64,000 nucleotides of DNA from Eledone cirrhosa (Eukaryota), in the NCBI GenBank assembly GCA_964016885.1, contig OZ024755.1:34968001-35032000 (forward strand), given 5' to 3'. Below are positions 38,244-51,190 of this stretch, piece by piece; position 1 is the stretch's first letter; every line of letters begins with the position of its first letter. The notes beneath the pieces are model-generated. The model did not search any database. It was not told the DNA's origin and saw nothing but the letters and a program-made list of their open reading frames with translations. The translations under genes were made by a program, and so were the position numbers.

Positions 38244-38695
38244 TATCTATCTTTCTGTCAGCTTGTCTGTCTGTCTTTTTAGCAAATCAACACCTTCTCT
38301 TGTTAATCACCACCGCCACTGTCACATTTTCTTGTGACAAGAGATGTCATATATTTGACACAGCTGAAGCATATTCCTGACTTTGTTTATCAAGTTGTTT
38401 TTAGGGCTAGATGCCCTTCCTATCATCAAGCACTTTATAGATCATCAACACTATGGAGGTTGTTGAAGTCTTGACATAATTAAAGGGTCTTCTCAGTACT
38501 TTGCATGGGATTTGCAGCTGGATGCCCTTCCTGCTCCGAACCATCTTACAGGGTGTACAGCAGACATTTTTCATGACACCAGAACAAGAAATGCTGTTAT
38601 ATCATGATTAGAGGTTTTTCTGAAATTATTTGGCAGCCCTTTCTAACACAATTCACCCAACACCAACTACTTTATCTTCTTTTGGGAATTGATCA

Positions 38696-39097
38696 AAGAC
38701 CTGCCAAACTCTAAAAACCAGAATAGGGAGTGCCATGAAAAAAAGTGCTCCAAAACGGGGAGAAATGAGGCAAAAGTGCTCCAGAAATGAGGCAAAATGG
38801 AGAGATTTTACATAATTGTTTCTATTTTAGGCACAAGGCCAGCAATTACCCAGTACATTACTGGTACTTTATTTTATCGGCCCCGTAAGGATGAAAGGCA
38901 AAGTTAACCTCGGCGGGATTTGAACACAGATCATAAAGGGACGTAACTCTATGCTTCAAAGCATGGTGTCCGACTCTCTACCGATACTGCCAATCCACCA
39001 ATGAAAGCTATACCCATTTTCACAAAAGAAGACATCTATCACCCACCCCAAAACGGGTGGGAGATCTCCCTGTCGGAGGGGAGAGTTGACACGTCTG
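38696..39097. mobile_element. Possible hAT-like MITE interrupted by SINE-A (38812-39000, -)
   Basis: Ends agacctgccaaactct and reverse-complement cagacgtgtcaactct; no clear TSD. The SINE-A itself is clear. Confidence 0.4.
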
Positions 39098-39302
39098 AAA
39101 TAAAACATTTGTCAACTTTGAGTACTGAAGTTACATGTCACACTTATGTATTGGGTAAACTAAGAAAACTTGTTGTTCAGTTTTAGGTTAGCACTGATCA
39201 AGCAGAGCTATGGTAAAGGGGATCCAACCATGACCATCACCATCACTTACCAACTTTTAAAACATTAGAGTGTGATATGAAGGAGATTTGGTGGCTATTT
39301 CT

Positions 39303-41158
39303 TGTTGGTGGTGTGGTGTTGTTGGTGGTGTGGTGTTGTTGGTGGTGGTGGTGGTGTGGTGTTGGTGTGGTGTTGTTGGTTGTGGTGGTGTTGGTGGTGG
39401 TGTTGGTGGTGGTGGTGTTGGTGGTGTGGTGTTGGTGGTGGTGCTGGTGGTGTGGTGTTGTTGGTTGTGGTGGTGTTGGTTGTGGTGGTGTTGGTTGTGG
39501 TGGTGGTGTTGGTTGTGGTGGTGGTGTTGGTTGTGGTGGTGGTGTTGGTTGTGGTGGTGGTGTTGGTTGTGGTGGTGTTGTTGGTTGTGGTGGTGGTGGT
39601 GTTGGTGGTGGTGTTTTTGGTGGTGTTGTTGGTGGTGTGGTGTTGTTGGTGGTGGTGGTGGTGTGGTGTTGGTGTGGTGTTGTTGGTTGTGGTGGTGTTG
39701 GTGGTGGTGTTGGTGGTGGTGGTGTTGGTGGTGTGGTGTTGGTGGTGGTGCTGGTGGTGTGGTGTTGTTGGTTGTGGTGGTGTTGGTTGTGGTGGTGTTG
39801 GTTGTGGTGGTGGTGTTGGTTGTGGTGGTGGTGTTGGTTGTGGTGGTGGTGTTGGTTGTGGTGGTGGTGTTGGTTGTGGTGGTGTTGTTGGTTGTGGTGG
39901 TGGTGGTGTTGGTGGTGGTGTTTTTGGTGGTGTTGTTGGTGGTGTGGTGTTGTTGGTGGTGGTGGTGGTGTGGTGTTGGTGTGGTGTTGTTGGTTGTGGT
40001 GGTGTTGGTGGTGGTGTTGGTGGTGGTGGTGTTGGTGGTGTGGTGTTGGTGGTGGTGCTGGTGGTGTGGTGTTGTTGGTTGTGGTGGTGTTGGTTGTGGT
40101 GGTGTTGGTTGTGGTGGTGGTGTTGGTTGTGGTGGTGGTGTTGGTTGTGGTGGTGGTGTTGGTTGTGGTGGTGTTGTTGGTTGTGGTGGTGGTGGTGTTG
40201 GTGGTGGTGTTTTTGGTGGTGTTGTTGGTGTTGTTGTTGGTGTTGGTGGTGTGGGTGTTGGTGGTGGTGTTGTTGGTGGTGTTGTTGGTGGTGGTGGTGG
40301 TGGTGGTGTTGGTGGTGGTGGTGTTGTTGGTGGTGGTGTTGTTGGTGGTGTTGTTGATGGTGGTGTTGTTGATGGTGGTGGTGTTGTTGTTGTTGTTGGT
40401 GGTGGTGTTGGTGGTGGTAGTGTTGGTGGTGGTGTTGTTGGTGGTGGTAGTGTTGGTGGTGGTGTTGGTGTTGGTGGTGGTGGTGGTGCTGTTGTTGGTG
40501 GTGGTGGTGTTGGTGGTGGTGGTGGTGCTGTTGTTGGTGGTGGTGGTGTTGTTGGTGGTGTTGTTGGTGGTGGTGGTGGTGGTGTTGTTGGTGGTGGTGT
40601 TGTTGTTGGTGGTGGTGGTGGTGTTGTTGTTGGTGGTGGTGGTGGTGGTGGTGTTGTTGGTGTTGCTGTTGTTGGTGGTGTTGTTGTTGGTGGTGGTGGT
40701 GGTGGTGGTGGTGGTGGTGGTGTTGTTGTTGGTGGTGGTGGTGGTGGTGGTGTTGGTGGTGGTAGTGTTGGTGGTGTTGTTGTTGGTGGTGGTGGTGTTG
40801 TTGTTGTTGGTGGTGGTGCTGTTGTTGTTGTTGGTGGTGGTGTTGTTGGTGGTGGTGTTGTTGTTGTTGGTGTTGCTGTTGGTGGTGGTGCTGTTGGTGG
40901 TGGTGCTGTTGGTGTTTTTGTTGTTGGTGTTGTTAGTGGTGGTGGTGTTGGTGTTGTTGGTGGTGGTGGTGGTGTTGTTGCTGGTGGTGTTGCTGGTGGT
41001 GTTGTTGCTGGTCGTGGTGGTGGTGTTGTTGCTGGTCGTGGTGGTGGTGTTGGTGTTGTTCTTGGTGGTGGTGGTGTTGTTGTTGTTGCTGGTGGTGGTG
41101 GTGTTGTTGTTGTTGGTGGTGGTGGTGTTGGCAGTGTTGTTGCTGCTGCTGTTGTTTG
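39303..41158. repeat. 1.9-kb (GGT/TGT)n array with higher-order blocks of about 300 bp, bracketed by direct repeats of about 115 bp (39183-39302, 41160-41273)
   Basis: The marker gtttttggtgg recurs at 39614, 39921 and 40210; both flanks contain ttagcactgatcaa...ccaaccatgaccat...ccaacttttaaaacattagagt. Confidence 0.9.
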
Positions 41159-42326
41159 GTTTTAGATTAGCACTGATCAAACAGAGTTATGGTAAATGGG
41201 ATCCAACCATGACCATATTTTCCAACTTTTAAAACATTAGAGTGGGATATAAAGGAGACTTAGTGGTTATTTCTAGCAAGTTAAGTGAATTTGTAATAGC
41301 ACCTCTCTCCTATTAGTTTGAAGAAGAATCTCTTTGTGTATCTTTGTAACAATAAACCTCACTATCTCATGCTGGTTCAGTATTATTGTATTTTAAGCTA
41401 GTGTCTCTCACAATAATACATCTAGGATTTTTAATGTTTTCTCATACATTTATCTATCTACACTTCAATATACATAGTAGACCCTTTTAAACATGTATTG
41501 TCTATTCTTTTGCTAATGTAGGGTATATTACAACAATGGCCGCTATTATATGAGAAGATAAGTTCACATGCTATATAACTTTAAATACATAACATACACG
41601 CACAACACTATTCTAGATTTAAATGTATTAGAGTTGCGTGTTGCAGTATTATTAAGTTTGTTGCTATTGTCGCTGTTGTGCTTCACTTTATTATATGTGA
41701 TTTTACTCAATAGAGGACATCCTACATTTTAGTTTTTATAGTAAATAATTAAATCTAATTTGTCTTCAGTATTTGTTGCATTGTATGTTTTGTTTATCCT
41801 CCTTACTATCAACAGTTTTATAATAAGAATTCCTTTGACTATTATGTCAGAGTCGTGCATGTGTGTTGATTGGTGTCAGAAATGGAGGGGTAAATACTTG
41901 CTTTATTATGTATGTCTCTTTCATGGAATTACCGAAGTCTGTCTGATTTTTTAAACAATGTGTTTAATTTATCTAAGTGGGTAATTTACTTAATTACTGC
42001 ATGTATATTGTCTACATATCTGTAATATGTGTATGTATGCGTACGTGTGTGTATGTATGGTTTAAATTGCATGTTATTCAGTACTAGAATCTGACAACTA
42101 CTAACACCAAGTGAAGAACTAAAAGATAGAATATTGTTTTGTTCATCTAAGGAGGGTCTTCAAAATGTGCCTCTATTTGGTGCATTTAAACTGTGCTTTC
42201 ATAATGATATTTGTGCTATAAGTGGTGTTTTATAGTTCAGTTTATTCTATAAGGTCAATCAGCCAACAAAACTAATGTTACTCTCTTTAGATAATTCAAA
42301 TGAATCCTAAATAGACACACACTTAA

Positions 42327-42520
42327 CCCTTTTGATACCAATTCGCCTGAAATTGCTCTGGTTGTATGCTATAAAATTGTCCATTTTAAAATGTTTATAC
42401 TTACATTAAGACTTCCCATTACAATTTTATATAAAAAATTTTTGTTAATGCACGCTTGTGATTATTTTCAAAATTAATTGAATGGTAGAGTATTTCATTA
42501 GAAATACTGAAACCAAAAGG
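42327..42520. mobile_element. piggyBac-like MITE, second family
   Basis: ttaa|cccttttgatacc ... gaaaccaaaagg|ttaa. Confidence 0.6.
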
Positions 42521-42539
42521 TTAATAGCGACAAATAAGT

Positions 42540-42820
42540 GGAGGCATATGGCTTAGTGGCAAGGGTGTTGGACTTACAATCATAATGTCGTGGGTTTGAT
42601 TCCTCGGCTGGGTAGCAGTGTTGTGTTCAGAAGCAAAACATTTCATTTCACATTGCGCCAGTATACTCAGCTGAAAATGAGTACCAGCAATAGCTGGAGG
42701 GCTAACCCTGGGATGAATTGGTGTCCTGTCCAGGAGGGAGTCTTGTACTCTCAGTTGCTTCACACCATGAAACTGGGATAAACACTGGCCTAATGAGCCT
42801 TCTGGTTTAAGACAGTCTTA
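42540..42820 (+). mobile_element. Diverged tRNA-derived SINE (family-B-like head)
   Basis: ggaggcatatggcttagtgg...gggtttgattcc...atttcacattgc.ccagt..actcagctg.aaatgagtacc. Confidence 0.7.
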
Positions 42821-42911
42821 GACTAATGAGACAAATAAACTAATGAGACAAAAGTAGAGTATGCTGTTCTAGCAAATTATTGATGATTAATACAAATTTT
42901 AAAAATGGCAA

Positions 42912-43395
42912 ATTGGCAGAATTGTTAGAGTGTCAGCCAAAATACTTTGCAATATTTATTCTGGCTCTTTGTGTACTTAGATTGACAGAATTGGTAGAGT
43001 GTCAGCCAAAATACTTTGCAATACTTATTCTGGCTCTTTGTGTACTCAGATTGGCAGAATTGGTAGAGTGTCAGCCAAAATACTTTGCAATATTTATTCT
43101 GGCTCTTTGTGTACTTAGATTGACAGAATTGGTAGAGTGTCAGCCAAAATACTTTGCAATACTTATTCTGGCTCTTTGTGTACTTAGATTGGCAGAATTG
43201 GTAGAGTGTCAGCCAAAATACTTTGCAATATTTATTCTGGCTCTTTGTGTACTTAGATTGACAGAATTGGTAGAGTGTCAGCCAAAATACTTTGCAATAC
43301 TTATTCTGGCTCTTTGTGTACTTAGATCAAATTCTATCAAGGTCAACTATGCCTTTCATCCTTCAAGGTTTGATAAAGATAGTACCAGTATATAA
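42912..43395 (+). repeat. Six tandem 69-bp copies of a SINE-A-type tRNA head (42912-43326) followed by a single SINE body
   Basis: The unit starts ttggcagaattggtagag (A box); the last unit continues tcaaatt...ggtcaactatgcctttcatcctt...agtaccagt. Confidence 0.85.
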
Positions 43396-43622
43396 CTGGT
43401 AAAGTTGTTAGAGCAAAGGATACAAAGCCTCCTAATATTTGTTTTGGTTCTTTGCATTCTGAGTTCAAATCTTACCATGGCTTAAATGTTAAAAAGCCTG
43501 ACTATGCTGAATCAATATGATATGGAATAGGTGGCCAAAACATTAATAGTTCAAATATTATCAGCCTTGTATTGAATCCATGGTTATGGTTCTTAACTTT
43601 CAAATAGCTGGATGCAAAGCAA

Positions 43623-43656
<34 letters not shown>

Positions 43657-44044
43657 GATGGTGATGGTGGTGATGGTGATGGTGGTGATGGTGATGGTGA
43701 TGATGATGATGATGATGATGTTTTGTAGTTTTTTTTACTGGTCCTTAACACTAAGATGTAAGACACATCTCACTCTGGATAGGAATCCAATCATCATCAT
43801 CGTTTAACGTCTATCTTTCACGCTAGCATGGGTTAGACGAGAAATTCTCCCACTTGAGGCAACATTGATTGGGTGACTCATATAGGACTGTACCTGGCAG
43901 GTTTTCTATGGCTGAATGCCCTCCCTAACACCAACCTCATTTCCAGTGTAGACTGGGTGCTGTTTTGTCATGACACCTACACGACCACTTTACAGTGTGG
44001 ACTGGGTGCTTTAGTATTTGTATCCATTAATTATGATTTCCGGT

Positions 44045-44240
44045 TTAAGCAATTTGAGTGGAGGAGAAAGTCGGTTTAATTGACCCCAGTGCATTACTGG
44101 TACTCTATTTTATCGATCCCATAAGGATGAAAGGCATAACTAACCTTGGCGGGATTTGAACTCAGAATGTAAAGGGTCAAAACTCTATGCCGCAAAGCAG
44201 GGTGTCAAATGCTCTATAAATACTGCCAATCCATCTCCCT
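44045..44240 (-). mobile_element. SINE family A; further copies at 48703-48892 (-) and diverged copies at 46015-46180 (+) and 60600-60722 (+)
   Basis: aaggatgaaaggca...gggatttgaactcag...tactgccaat. Confidence 0.85.
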
Positions 44241-44638
44241 TTTGTATGTATTAGGGAGATTGGTTCCTCTGTGTTCGGACCTGGTGTACATGTGTGTAAT
44301 TTTACACTATTGACCCTTTCCTTTCCTCATAAAATATATGTGTGTGTGTGTGTATAGGTGTATATATGAGTGTGTATAAGTGTGTATATATGTGTGTGTG
44401 TATATAGGTGTATATATATGTATGTATGTGTATATATGTGGGTGTATATGTGTGTATATATGTGGGGGTATATAGGTATATATATATATATATGTGGGTG
44501 TATATAGGTATATATATATGTGTATGTATGTATGTATGTATGTGTGTACATAAACAGTAGATAGATTGTAGTAAAAAGATAAAAATCGATAAAACAATAC
44601 AAAAATTACAAAAGTTAAACAATTGTGTTAGTCATACA

Positions 44639-45113
44639 TTTTAGATAGATCAAATAAAATTTTAGATCAAATAAAATTTTAGATCAAATATAATTTTAGA
44701 TAGATCAAATATAATTTTAGATAGATCAAATATAATTTTAGATGGATCAAATATCATTTTAGATGGATCAAATATCATTTTAGATGGATCAAATATAATT
44801 TTAGATGGATCAAATATAATTTTAGATGGATCAAATATAATTTTAGATGGATCAAATATAATTTTAGAAGGATCAAATATAATTTTAGAAGGATCAAATA
44901 TAATTTTAGATAGATCAAATATAATTTTAGATGGATCAAATATAATTTTAGATGGATCAAATATAATTTTAGATAGATCAAATATAATTTTAGATAGATC
45001 AAATATAATTTTAGATAGATCAAATATAATTTTAGATAGATCAAATATAATTTTAGATAGAGCAAATATAATTTTAGATCAAATATAATTTTAGATCAAA
45101 TATAATTTTAGAT
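44639..45113. repeat. 21-bp (and 17-bp variant) AT-rich minisatellite
   Basis: Unit ttttagatagatcaaatataa. Confidence 0.95.
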
Positions 45114-46273
45114 AACAAAAATACAATTTCCTTCGTCGCAAATATAACTTCTTGCTGAATGTTGTATTAACTTAATAATTTTTAGAGAAAAATGAAAAAG
45201 GGAACATGGCAAATGAACAACTAAATCCTAAAACAATATAATAATAGTTAAAACCAAACTGAACTGTTAAGTGCTTGTCTTCCTCATTTCATCATAAAAC
45301 TATATTAACATGGTAGCAATCCTTATTTCAATAAATTAATGAATAACCATAGAAATCCTAGAGAAGCTCTCTATTTTATCAAAGATTTTCACTGTAATAG
45401 CAAAGAAGTGTGGATATTTGATAACATAGTGTTAAGTACACAGTTCGATGGCACAAATTAAGATTTGACAGTTACTGCAAGATGTAGGAAAACTATAACA
45501 ACAATAATAATAAATAATATCTAAAATAATAACAACAGCAACAACTACAACAATAATTATAGTAAAAAATAACTATAATAAAAATAATAATAATAATAAT
45601 AATAATGAAATCTAAACAACAACAACAAATTAAAAATAAAATACAATAAAATAAATGAAATCCATGTGGCTTTAATTTAGTAAATTACATATCTGAAATG
45701 GATTCAATTAATTATTTTAGCCAAAGTGTTCTGTATTTAATTTAATAACTATTTCTTCAACTCAGTTGATAAAATTTCCTGCTCGAATCATATCTAATGC
45801 CTTTCACTTTTCCTATATCATATATATGTTACGTAATATATAGTGTAAATTTAAGTTATATACTATATTATATTATATATTATTCATATGTTGCATGTCT
45901 CTTTGTGTTGAAACTATATCGGTTTCCTTACTTTCAAAGGACTGTCAAAATATCTGAAAGAAAGTTCACTGGAAGTGTTTCATATAGCTTACAGTGACGG
46001 CATTATCTTGCTTTGAGTAGGCAGCAAATTGGCAGACATTTTAGAACATTGAATAGAATGCTTTGCAGTATTTGTTCTGACTTTCTCTGCTCTGAAGTTC
46101 TAATTCCACGAAGGTCAACATTGCCTTTCATCTTTTTGAGATCAATAAATAAAATACCAAAATACCAGTTCAATACTGGAGTCGGTTCTTCCTTGATATC
46201 TCTTTTTCCTCTTCCTCTATATCATTTTCTTGCCTTCTCTGGAAGAAATTGTCAGTGTCTGAACATGGTTTAA

Positions 46274-46480
46274 CCCTATAACATTTACATTACTCCATAT
46301 TTACTGTAGTATTTTTGTGGTAAAGGCTTTATCTCACATAATATCGAATCTATGAGATTTCGATGTTATTTATTTTGAGAACAATACCTTAACATCAGTA
46401 TGAGTGGTCAGTTATGGGTGGTTTAAGCAGAAAGTCTGAGAGATTTCTGGCTGGATATGACTGGTTTAAATGCTAAAGGG
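46274..46480. mobile_element. Uninterrupted 207-bp piggyBac-like MITE
   Basis: ttaa|ccctataacattt ... aaatgctaaaggg|ttaa. Confidence 0.82.
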
Positions 46481-46680
46481 TTAAAAATTCCCAAGAAATG
46501 CTTTATGTTACTATGGCACCCATATAACTCCACTAGGTGTTACATGTCCATACATACAATATATGCGTGGGCACCAGGTGTAAAGGTTACTTATTTCAGT
46601 CTGGTATGAGGTTCATTGATGTCAGCTTTTTACACCACTAAGTTAGGGGCCATAAACAACTGTGGTTTTTACTGGGGTCG

Positions 46681-47712
46681 ACAATATAGACACACAGATG
46701 TACAGACACACACACAACATAGACACACAGATGTACAGACACACACACAACATAGACACATAGGTGGACAGACACACACACAGATGTACAGACACACACA
46801 CAACATAGACACATAGGTGGACAGACACACACACACACACACAGATGTACAGACACACACACAACATAGACACATAGGTGGACAGATGGACAGACAGACA
46901 GACACACACACACAACATAGACACACACACAGACAGATGTACAGACACACACAGATTCACACACAGAGACACACACACAGAACATAGACACATACACAAA
47001 CACACAAACACAGATGCACAGACACACAAACACAAACACAGACACAGACAAAAACACATGCACACACAGATGCAGACAAACACGGACGCAAACACAGACA
47101 CACACACACAGATACACATACACTCACAGACAGACAAAAACACATGCACACACAGATGCAGACATAAACACATACAGACACACAGATACACATACACTCA
47201 CAGACAGACAAAAACACATGCACACACAGATGCAGACATAAACACAGACGCAAACACAGACACACACAAACAGATACACATACACTCACAGACAGACAAA
47301 AACACATGCACACACAGATGCAGACATACACACATACAGACACACAGATACACATACACTCACAGACAGACAAAAACACATGCACACACAGATGCAGACA
47401 TAAACACAGACGCAAACACAGACACACACACACAGATACACATACACTCACAGACATACAAAAACACATGCACACACAGATGCAGACATACACACATACA
47501 CAAACACAGACACACAGATACACATACACTCACAGACAGACAAAAACACATGCACACACAGATGCAGACATACACACATACACAAACACAGACACACAGA
47601 TACACATACACTCACAGACAGACAAAAACACATGCACACACAGATGCAGACATACACACAGACACAAACGCAGACACACACACAGATACACAAACAGATA
47701 CACACACACACA
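46681..47712. repeat. (CA)-rich complex minisatellite with higher-order units
   Basis: gacaaaaacacatgcacacacagatgcagaca recurs. Confidence 0.92.
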
Positions 47713-47869
47713 TATATATATAAAGGAGTTTATATGAGTTGACAATAGAAGCATAAGTGATGTTATAGTCCATAACAAGATAGGTAAAAGACAGTTCATA
47801 GTTTAATCCAATTGGTAAATTTCCAATCACAATAGTTTTACAATATCACGATCTTGTGATACTAAACTC

Positions 47870-48492
47870 CGCCAGTTGCAGACTGCGCATCAACATGTGA
47901 TGTCTCTCTCCACAAAGTTCAATCACCAACAGCAGAGTTCAAAGAGCAAAGGTCAAGTCCAGTCCATCAGTTGACATTGTCAAGACATCGTTTTGGCTGC
48001 TGACCTCTGCTTCTCTTACCAGTCAACCTTCCTTCCAGGCATAACCTACTCACACCATGAGTTGATCTTTTTATAAGACCGTATAGTTTGAGTACTCTTG
48101 ACATGACAATTGATGTAATTGGTCTAAGTTTGGTAATGTTGAGCAGCTCACTGATACAGATATGGTCGCTGAGCTGCTTGCCAGTCATAAGTCTCATGAT
48201 GTGGTTCTGGAATGTAAAGAGCTTCTGAAGTGGCCTTGTCATTCAATTAACACAGTCAAGACCAGCTCACTGATACAGATACGGTCACTGAGCTGCTTGC
48301 CAGTCATTAGTCTCATGATGTGGTTCTGGAATGTAATGAGCTTCTGAAGTGACCTTGTCGTCCAATTAACACAGTCAAGACCAGCTCACTGATACAGATA
48401 CAGTCACTCAGCTGCTTACCAGTCATAAGTCTCATGATGTGGTTCTGGAATGTAGAGAACTTCTGAAGTGACCTTGTCGTCCAATTAACACG
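47870..48492 (-). mobile_element. Third RTE-clade LINE C-terminal fragment with a 119-bp segment triplicated (starts at 48144, 48263, 48382)
   Basis: LQKLFTFQNHIMRLMTG...LKLYGLIKR...LEGRLTGKRSRGQQPKRCLDNV. Confidence 0.78.
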
Positions 48493-49070
48493 ATACAAAT
48501 ATATAAATGAATAAAGTCTGGACTTGTGATTATCTTATGAACATGTGTCAGTAAATATTAATATTTAATAGATTCTGGGGAGATTAATACAGCAGAAATG
48601 AATATTTCTGTTATTTTAATTCAAACATTCATCAATTAATTAAATGATGTAATTTAATCTAAATGCTGGTTATTTTTTATTCCTATATATATATATATAT
48701 ATATAATTGTTTCTACTTTAGGCACAAGGCCAGCAATTACCCAGTACATTACTGGTACTTTATTTTATCGACCCTGTAAGGATGAAAGGCAAAGTTAACC
48801 TCGGTGGGATTTGAACTCAGACTGTAAAGGGACGTAACTATGCTGGAAAGCATGGCGTTCGACCCTCTACCGATACTGCCAATTCACCGCCCTTTGTATA
48901 TATATAATTCATCGCCTTAAATATATATATAATCAAAGATTAATATGGTTCATTGATTACTCAATGAATACAGTTTTACAATAGATTAAAAGCACTCTAC
49001 AGATAAATACTGCCAATACTGGAATTGAAATATCAAGATCGTAGTGGTATGTCATATATCAAATGATATA

Positions 49071-49137
49071 TTGTATCTGATGAGGACGTACTGGAAAAAA
49101 AAAAAAACACAGTACCTTTGAAATATATATAATATAG
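49071..49137 (+). ncRNA. Hammerhead-like fold resembling the 35098 family
   Basis: UUGUAU-CUGAUGA-GG(ac)GUACUG...CAGUAC-CUUU-GAAA-UAUAUA-UA|AUAUAG. Confidence 0.55.
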
Positions 49138-49534
49138 CATATATTTTGATTACGTGAATATCTTCATTTGTTAATATTTTGAATAATAAATATATATATA
49201 TATTTTATCCCGGGTTCAATCGGGGGTAGCCACAGTAAGTAAGGTACTCAATAGAGTATGCATGAGTGTCAGTGTGTGATTGTAAAGACCTGACCATTTT
49301 GTAGACTTTAAGACAGCATGTTAATACAGCCTCTTGAGGGAAAAACCTTTTGTCTGCTTAGCATAATTGAATCTTGTATCCCTCTGTATTTTGTCTCCCT
49401 CTGTATTTTCTCCAAGTTTTTTTAAAGAATCCCCATTCTTTAACTCCATCAGCCAATAACCTCCACCCAAAGCAATCACCTCCTTCCCCTACCACCAGGA
49501 AATGTATAAATACCTCCATAACACATTAACAGTC

Positions 49535-49586
49535 GGCTTTCCTGATGATTTCCTTCGAATGAAACAGTTCTAGTCCTGTAGAAGCC
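49535..49586 (+). ncRNA. Compact type I hammerhead ribozyme
   Basis: GGCUUUC-CUGAUGA-uUUCcuucGAAu-GAAACAG-uucuaguc-CUGUA|GAAGCC. Confidence 0.68.
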
Positions 49587-49764
49587 ATTTCTATATTATA
49601 TATATATATATATAATGAGGGAAATGTGGTAAGGAACCAGGTGGACCATAACGCACCAAAGTACTCAATACTTAGGGTAGTAGAGTGGGTAATAGGAACA
49701 AAATTAACCGTCCAGAATTAGCCGTCGAAACGGCTTGAGCTCAGCCGTCGGGGTCTTCCTTGTT

Positions 49765-49808
<44 letters not shown>

Positions 49809-49966
49809 ATTTCTGTAGGAAGGGTAAAGGAAAGGCGAGTGCTCTATGTATGCTACAGAGCTATTTAATTATGTAATAAACAACTCAATATATGGTATTC
49901 CATTTACCAATGGTTTCACAAAGACAGGTGAGCTCAAAGAGACATCTGAAATCATTCATTAGAATG

Positions 49967-50005
<39 letters not shown>

Positions 50006-50007
50006 GA

Positions 50008-50043
<36 letters not shown>

Positions 50044-50081
50044 TAGAATGTGTATATATATATATATATATATATATTAGA

Positions 50082-50119
<38 letters not shown>

Positions 50120-50244
50120 TAGAATGTATATATATATATATACTAGAATTTTTTCAACATGCTGATGTGTGTGTGTGTGCATGTGTGTATGTACATATGC
50201 ATACATCTATATATAAACGTGCAAACACAGACATGCTTACAAAA

Positions 50245-50653
50245 ATACACATTTACACACATACACACACAAATTTACACAAACACACACATATATTTAC
50301 ACAAACACACATACATTTACACAAACATACATTTACACAAACACACAAACACACATACATTTACACAAACGCACACACACATTTACACAAACACACACAT
50401 ACATTTACACAAACACACATACATTTACACACACACACACATACATTTACACAAACACACATTTACACAAACACACATTTACACAAACACATACATTTAC
50501 ACAAACACATACATTTACACAAACACACACATACATTTACACAAACACACATACATTTACACAAACACATACATTTAAACAAACACACACACATTTACAC
50601 AAACACATTTACACAAACACATACATTTACACAAACACACATACATTCACACA
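50245..50653. repeat. (acatttacacaaacac)n-type minisatellite
   Basis: Read directly from the sequence. Confidence 0.92.
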
Positions 50654-50871
50654 AGCAGTAGATATAAAGAGAGAGGAATAGTATGAGGTAGTCAAACTAC
50701 TCCTCTCTCTTGACATGCTGTGACAGAATTGCAGAAATTTATATAGAGATGAATAAAAAATAGCAGCATAAATAACAAGAGTTGTTAAAAGGGCTGATGA
50801 ATTCCTCAGAGTCAATGGCCCCAACTGTGGATTAAATAACCTTACCAACCTGCAATCGGCCAAGTGTGGCA

Positions 50872-51190
50872 AGTATGGCTACACCTTTGGTGACATGACC
50901 AAAACCAAACAAGGGCGGGGGTTCCTCCAACAGAAATTAGAAGGTCCTGGATTGAATTTGATGTGTATATATGTATGTGAGTATGGTTACACCCTTGGTG
51001 ACATGACCAAAACCAAACAGAAAGTGGTGGAGGTCTACCAGGGAGGGGTTCTTCCAACAGGAATTCGAAGGCCCTGGATTGAATTGGATGTGTATATACG
51101 TATGTGAGTAGGGCTACACCTTCGACATGACCAAAACCAAACAAGGGAAGGGTTCCTTCAACAGGAGTGAGAAGGCTCTGGATTGAATTG
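50872..51190. repeat. Three diverged tandem units of about 110-130 bp
   Basis: gacatgaccaaaaccaaaca...ggttc..ccaacag...ctggattgaatt recurs three times. Confidence 0.8.

Noticed and set aside
39243-41232. Mucin-, extensin- or Gly/Val-rich ORFs of over 600 aa (also 22637-23837)
   Set aside because: (GGT/TGT)n lacks stops in most frames on both strands, and the repeat phase shifts within the ORFs.
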